Made by a program: the position numbers and the translations under genes. From NCBI GenBank assembly GCA_037447605.1, contig CM074813.1, forward strand, positions 1,054,001 to 1,118,000: 64,000 nt of DNA, written 5' to 3'. The stretch's first letter is position 1. The number at the start of each line of letters is the position of its first letter. This document shows positions 57,313 through 64,000 of this stretch, piece by piece. Origin of the DNA: Zygnema circumcarinatum SAG 698-1b. Lineage: Eukaryota; Plantae; Zygnematophyceae. The notes under the pieces are model-generated. The model had not been told where the DNA came from, searched no databases, and saw only the letters and a program-made list of their open reading frames with translations.

Positions 57313-58458
57313 CGCTGCCTGTGCGCTTAAGTGGCAGCTCTTATCAGCCGGTGAGGAAGGACTGTAAAAAGATAGGGGAGAGAGAAAAAAAGAGAGACGG
57401 GATCTGTATCCAACCACATATGGAGCCAGTTTCGCCAATCTTAATGTATTTCAAATGTTGTATGTCATTGGCGATATCTCTTGCAACCATGCGGTTCAAT
57501 CGGCATTGGCCCTTTGCAAAGAACGACTGACTCTACCCGGGAAACCGCTACTTGTACAGCAGCTCGTGAAGGGCAAGAGGGGCAGATCAACAGTCTGTTT
57601 CAGATGCCAAACGACCTGTTCTACTGTAGACATCCGCAATAGGAAGGAAGTTTTAGGTTCTTTTGCATTTACTATCTGTTATGTGGTAAGAAATAGCCAC
57701 CATAAAAACAGGTTCAGGAGGTTTTTGACAAAGTCAAACCTTCTGTCATTTTAATGAAGCCTCTCAATTGCAAAAAAGCCATTTTCGCAAGTTTAGATTT
57801 GGGCGTTGCACTCGGTGAAACTGAAACACCCTTGGTGGAACATTCATAGCTTGCAGAAAGGCCAAGCCGTATTGAGCTTCAGCCCAGGCAGCAACATCGG
57901 CCGCGTTTCACAACCTCCAAGCACGCACTTGAGACAAACCCTACAAAGAGATGCGGCCACATTCCAAAAGACAAATTCTAGAGAAATCGCCCATCTCCTG
58001 CCCCTAGCCAACCGTGAAGTGGCCTAAGGGTGACAAAGTGACTGACGACGACAGAGAAATCTATAAGTCACAGTCATTTAGTCAGCATGGGCCACAAGCT
58101 GGTCAGTAGAAGTCCATATGGGGTAAAACGAGCATAGTATTCCACAGTTGAAGGGCGCAGCAGTTTATAGATCTATATCATGGATTTGCATGTCCTGCGT
58201 GCCCATGCCCAGGCTCTACAGCAATAATCTACAGACAGGAGGGACTACACCCTAAAACACTCAAACAAAGGTCCCATTGCATCTAACTGCACCACAATCC
58301 ATAATAAGAGGACTCAAAGGCTCGCCATAATACGCCAGCACCTTCCCAAGCTGCGCTTTGAGAGCCTGCTGTCCTCTGCAGGGAGATGGGTTTTTCTTTA
58401 CGACGTTTGGAAAGGATTGACAAATTCGGCGCAGATTTGAAGTAAACTCCGCACCATT

Positions 58459-60735
58459 TTAAGCGCGGGACTGGCCAGCACGGGAGGACAGGATGATGCC
58501 TACAATGAGACCGTACAGAGCCAAAGCCTCGGCGAAAATGAGAATGAGAATCATTCCCACGAACAGTTTGGGCTGCTGGGCGTTTGCCCTGCAAACAAAT
58601 TCAAAACCGCGAAATCGTGAGAAAAGGTTGATACCGACATGTTTGAGACAGCAGGCTGAACGGAAATGAATCAGAGAGCGCTACCACTGTCTCATATAAA
58701 GGAGACTAATTCCAAAATACTGTTTTATGCAACGAATGGACCTGAAATCGATAACTTTCCCAAGAGGGAAAAACAACACAATAATAGGTCAATTATTCCA
58801 CGCAGGTCAGCCAGAATATCGATAAAAATGTGGATTGATGCAGTGACGTAATTAAAACCCTAAGAAAAAGAACCTGTTTAAGTCCAAAACAGATGCCATG
58901 CTCTAAAGAACAAACAATGGCATATTTAATCTGCACCATGCAGCTACATGCACAACAAAGCATGCCTTAAAACATCGAAGATGGCAGAAAGGATTTCCGT
59001 TTCCTCTGTGAGGAAAATGCAAAAAAACTCACAAAAACCCGAGCTAGCCAAATGATCTGCCCCCAAGAAAACCACCCAATCAAACGAAAGCTTACAACCC
59101 AAACCATTCAATCCTCACCTCACTCCCGCATCACCCACGATGCCAATGGCCATTCCTGCTGCAAGACCTGCCAAACCGCAGGAAAGTCCGGAGGACAGAT
59201 GCGCGTAACCGTCGAAGGCATAATAAGGCTTAGCCGTGGGGTTGATCTGTGTACTGATGATGACGGCAATAATAAGACCGTAGATACCGAGCACTCCCGC
59301 CATGACAATGGGCACAATGGACTTCATCACTAGCTCCGGTCGCATCACTCCCATGGACGCCACTCCCACTCCACTCTTGGCAGTGCCATACGCTGCTCCC
59401 ATGCCTGCATGCGACCTACCAGAAGGATATCAGAAGACAATTGCATACGAAACAGACTGATAAATAACCGTGAAGCAGAAAAAAACGATAATCAGTTGAT
59501 GCTGCACAGGTTGGCAATACAATACGACACATCAACCACACCTCTTTCGCAGGCGACATAAGCTGCTAGGACGTCGGAATGATCATTTAACACAAACATA
59601 TCATGACAATCCGAGGAAAAGCAGCCACAACTGTACGAGTTTACATCCAGTCCCAAATCTCCCATCCACTAACTCCACGACTGCGTCTGTTCCTCAGATG
59701 CACGCCTCTGCCGGCTAAAAGGTACACTACACGACTTTCAAGAATATCAGTACCAAAAATATTTCTATTACCAATAATAACCACGCGTGGCACATGCGAT
59801 TCGTAGCGGCAAGGTCACTTTCAAAACAGGCTTTGCTCGAAAGAAGCTACGTCAACATCCAGATTACGCAAGGAAGCAAGCCGCAAAGCAGAACAAAAGG
59901 GATTAACACAGGAGCCTAATTCAACAACTAGGACAGAAACGAGGGAGTGCAACAGACAATCAGAACTCTGACCATCCGCATTGAATCCGACCTAACTTCA
60001 TCGAGTACAGAGAGTGTCGAAAAGGCATTCTTGTAACCTAAAACACTGCATGATGAGGAAAGCAGGGTCTAAGTTTAAGGAAGAAATGGCAAGCCATCTC
60101 AGCATTAGCATGCAGGCGCTACAGGTCACTGCGCTTAGAGCTACAACAGATTCAACTCGGCAGTACATAAACAAATAATCCAATCATGCAAATATAACCA
60201 CTCGACGGCGGCAAGAAACTAATCAAGATGGATAACACACAGTCAGTAGACAATCAAGTATCGTACGATACAAAGCAAATAAGAAAAACATTACCTTCAA
60301 CAGAGAACCGTGCAAGGCACGAAGATCCTAACAAGCACAACACCAACACTTGACAAGTTCCAGCAAGAGCCAATTCTTTTCTGACCAATTCTTTTCAGAG
60401 CAGCAGCCATCGGCAACCACCGGACAACCTAATGACCTAGGTAGTAGGCACAGCACCATCTAGATATACGACAGTTCCGGAAGTAGATAATCCAACAACC
60501 AGCAACGTCCATTCGAAGAACATCCCTACAGCTGAGCCTATCCACAGAAATCAGCATCCTTGAAAAACACATCAAATCCAGCAGAGGCCAACCAAACGCG
60601 ATAACGGCATTCGATGCAGCAGCGACAGCAGACATCTAAGAGCTCCGTCGACATACATGAGAACACCAGGGCAGATGATGCCCCGAGGAACCCGAAGAAT
60701 GAAGCTGTCTCATCGCCTTCGAACGCGGTACTCAT
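58459..60735 (-). CDS. VHA-c: V-type H+-ATPase proteolipid subunit c; 3 exons
   Basis: [27 protein letters not shown]|[29 protein letters not shown]|[42 protein letters not shown], with in-phase GT-AG junctions. Confidence 0.98.
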
Positions 60736-61986
60736 CTTGCCAACTGTTTACAAAATTCTTCAAAGAAAACACTGCCAAAATCTCCCCTTTCTCTAAGTGA
60801 TCCTGTAGCTGATCAATACACCCGCTTATTATCCTGCACTCTGCCCTGGACAAGCGCCCAGCTTCCGCTTCAGCTGCTCTCCTCTCAACTCTCGTCCTCT
60901 CTCTCTCTTCAGCTGCACAGCACTCCAAAAATAAGCAGCGCTTCTTCCTGCCCGTGCGACACAATTCAGAGCCGTGCGACGACATTTGGATCCCTGCGAC
61001 TCAATGCGACGCCGCCGAGCAAGGCAGCAAGCGCTGTGCGACGCTGTCGGAGTCGTTTGACGACAGCGCTGATCGGACGGCTGAATCGCGCAGATTCGGC
61101 GAGAAGTGGTCCTGGCCGTCGATGTTTTTCATCGGACGGTCGGATTTGATCGCGGAGGTGGAATTATTTTGGGACGGGGAGGCCGCAGAAGCGCCGGAAC
61201 GGGATCGGTCGGTCGGTGGTTCGCCGAACCGGGCGGGCGCGCGCTCAGTTCCATGTGCGGCCCAGTTCGGGGGCCGCTCCACGGAATCTGGACGGTGCAG
61301 CACATGGAACCAGGAGAGGCCCACGGTACAGCGGGGGGGACCCTCCAGACCTGAGTGACAGGCAGCGCAGAGACTCAGTGCAGGTGCTTGAAGGGGAGAG
61401 AAAAGGCTTTACTTTCTTGAGGCATTTTTGCATACTTTTAAGTTTTTATGTGTACTGTGAGGCTTCACTTTTGGCGGCCCCACTTCGGGATGTGTTCCCC
61501 CCTTCCTTGTGTTTCCCAGGATATGTGGTTTATCGCGATTGTGAAAGGGAGAAGATGAGTTTGTTTCAAAATCGACGGCATGTTACAGCACAGCTCACAA
61601 TGCGTGGTACAAATGAAGACTAACGATATGACTGCCAATGCTTGGACTTCGCATACTGAAATGGACGGCACAATAAGTCTGTAGTACTTCTAACCTTTTT
61701 CCCTGGACTTTTTAATCTAACCAATCTAAAACAATCGTGAGCCACTAAAACTGCTTCTATTTCTTACTGGAAAAAATGCACTATTGTTCACTGCACGACT
61801 AGTTGAGACTGCTACAGCAATCTCTCTACCTTTGTCAGCTGTACAACTTGCCAAGATCGACCATTTCATCACAATAGCGACGGCTAGCTTGATGAACTTA
61901 TCCCATTCATCAAACTAGCAGCCTTAGCTTTTCTCAACCACTCCTGCGTTCAACAGTTGAAAAGAAACAGCGCTTCTTATTGCCAA

Positions 61987-63526
61987 TTAAACCACAAACT
62001 TCAAGCAGCGCGTGTCGGTGTGGACGGTATTACATCGTATTGAACAGAACCGTGACCCGCAACGGACACATGTGTACGGCGCAACGTAACCGCACACGGA
62101 ACAGAAGTGTCGCCGTGACCCCGTTGACGGAGGGCCAACTGCCGCTGTCAAGTATGACGGAACATGGACCGGAAGCGCCTCAAGATTGGCCTGCAAATGG
62201 CAGCACAGACAACCCCAATCCTTTAATGGTGTACTCTCTCAATCTAAACTAGCGCATTTTATCTTCAAGATAATGAAGCAGTATGGATGATACGAAGGAT
62301 GAGCTTTCTTAACAAATATCTTGCCCTTCACTTAACTGAAGCAAATGCAATTCGAGATTTGAATGTTTAAACTCAGGCTGTGAAATCGGTGAATTAAGCT
62401 ACGGTGCAAGCCAATACACAATTAACGTACTCTTGCACATCGAGACAACGAGAAATATGCAACACGCCACCGGCTTACAAGAGAGCACTCCCCTGTCTAA
62501 AAACATTCGAGCACGTGGCGATATGAAGTGAGGAAAAGAGACGACAGCATTCGAGCGAGTGGATAGAAGAGAGGAATAAGAGGCGATAGGGAGAAGCAAA
62601 CGAGTGGTAAAAAGAGAACAGAAAACGACAGGGAGAGCAGGGAGACATAGAGAGCGCACAAATGAATCAGTCAGATTCAGATCAGTCAGATGAGATTGAT
62701 GATGAATCAGTCAAGCGTTCGGTATTACTAAATAGAAAACAGATGGTGAAGGGCAAGAGAAGCAAGAGGAAGGGAGGGGAATGCATGGGAAGCAGGAGGA
62801 AGATCAAGAGAACGGCGTAGAGGAGAGAGAGGGAGAGATGGGGACGAGCGAGAATGTGAGCGAGAGAGAATGTGAGCAAGAGACTGTCTAAAGCTTGAAG
62901 CTTTCACAGACTAATCAGAGTGGTTAAGCAAATGTTTGGTTTAAGTAGTACCTCCTGAAGGAGCTCTGCAAAGCTTTTGAACCCTTTCTTTCCCGCTTGT
63001 CTCTCTCTTTCTAACGCCTTCGACTGCCTCGTTTTCCGCTTTGTGCTAGTAGGTTGCTTTTTGGGATGACCAAATACACCTGGATTGTAAAAATAATAAT
63101 AACACGATCAAGGTTTCAGCGTATATGGTTACGGGTGAATGAAACTAGTAACTAAGGAGTTCCAAGAAGAAGCAAACACCGATAATTCTCATTTTCTATG
63201 TGTCCGGCGACGTACAGCTCGCGAATTCTTCTCATCTTCATGGACAATGAATCACCAACATTCTACACCTGCGAGTGATAAGTGAAACATAAGATCACCC
63301 AAACTTTTTTTGATTTGGTGGGACAACACAAGACACTTAGCAACAGACCTCATCTGTGCAATCAACCCAGAGGGAAGGCAGAAAATGGTGTGCATTAACC
63401 TAAGTAAATGGGAGCAAGATTCTGACCTTCCTCCATGTCCTGCGCTTCAAAATTTTCGTCGTCTTCTTCTGGTTCTGCTGCGTCCACATTGTCGTTTTCA
63501 AGTGATTCGAGTCTCGCTTGAGCGGC
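61987..63526 (-). CDS. SWC6: SWR1 complex subunit 6 (SEF/ZNHIT1), zf-HIT; partial, 5' exons lie outside the window
   Basis: Exons AAQARLESLENDN, KRKTRQSKALE..KSFAELLQE and PSYLTAAVGPP..RRHFCSVCGYVAPYTCVRCGSRFCSIRC..HTDTRCLKFVV*. Confidence 0.93.
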
Positions 63527-64000
63527 CTGCCCTTTAAAAACAAACACCCCAAGAAAGGGTCAGGAGATTTTGAAGGAGATTTTGAACCAAGGATACGAAA
63601 TGTGAAGAAACAAAGGGTATTTTTTTGGGTTTTTGGAAGTCAATTCCATTCTTCCAATGGGAAATTAGAATGGAAGAAAAGATAGACGTATCTGGGGAAA
63701 GCAGGATCCAAAAAAAGCCATACAAGTTGGGGAAGGGAAGAAAGGAGAGGGATTCACAAGAGGAAAGGTGAGGGGCAGATGGAAAGGGAAATGAAAGGAA
63801 AGAGGTAAGAGAAAGTATAAGAGGGGGAAGAGAGAAGTCGAGAGACGGGAGTGTGGTGAGAATGGAGGGGCTATAAGGAGGACGAGAAATAAAAAATGAC
63901 GAAATAAACTAGGGAGGGGAAGAATAAACTGGAGATGGAAAAACCGCTGAAGGATAGACATAGAGAGAGGGATAGAGAGCGCGAGGGAGAGAGAGAGAGA

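Overview
Gene-dense, intron-rich eukaryotic nuclear DNA with CT/GA-rich introns and six 10-N gaps. The proteins are land-plant-like but include a selenocysteine elongation factor, so this is probably a streptophyte alga such as a zygnematophyte (inference). Ten spliced genes can be traced by hand: a DUF1635-like polyQ protein, an LRR receptor-like kinase with an atypical kinase domain, CYP40, eEFSec, IND1/NUBPL, HCF106/TatB, a CER16/Aven-like protein, organellar MetRS, V-ATPase subunit c, and a secreted extensin-like protein with four copies of an unrecognised 6-Cys domain. A partial SWC6/SEF gene lies at the right end. The most unusual structure is a ~4.6 kb TA-flanked, TIR-bounded foldback-like element (17480-22068). 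Its inverted arms carry three inward-pointing tRNA-Cys-like cloverleaves with intact stems but a 6-nt anticodon loop. Also present are a 472-bp interstitial (TTAGGG)n tract between eEFSec and IND1, a Tc1/mariner-type MITE with a head-to-tail partial copy, and several minisatellites. All exon boundaries and family assignments were made by eye, without searches.
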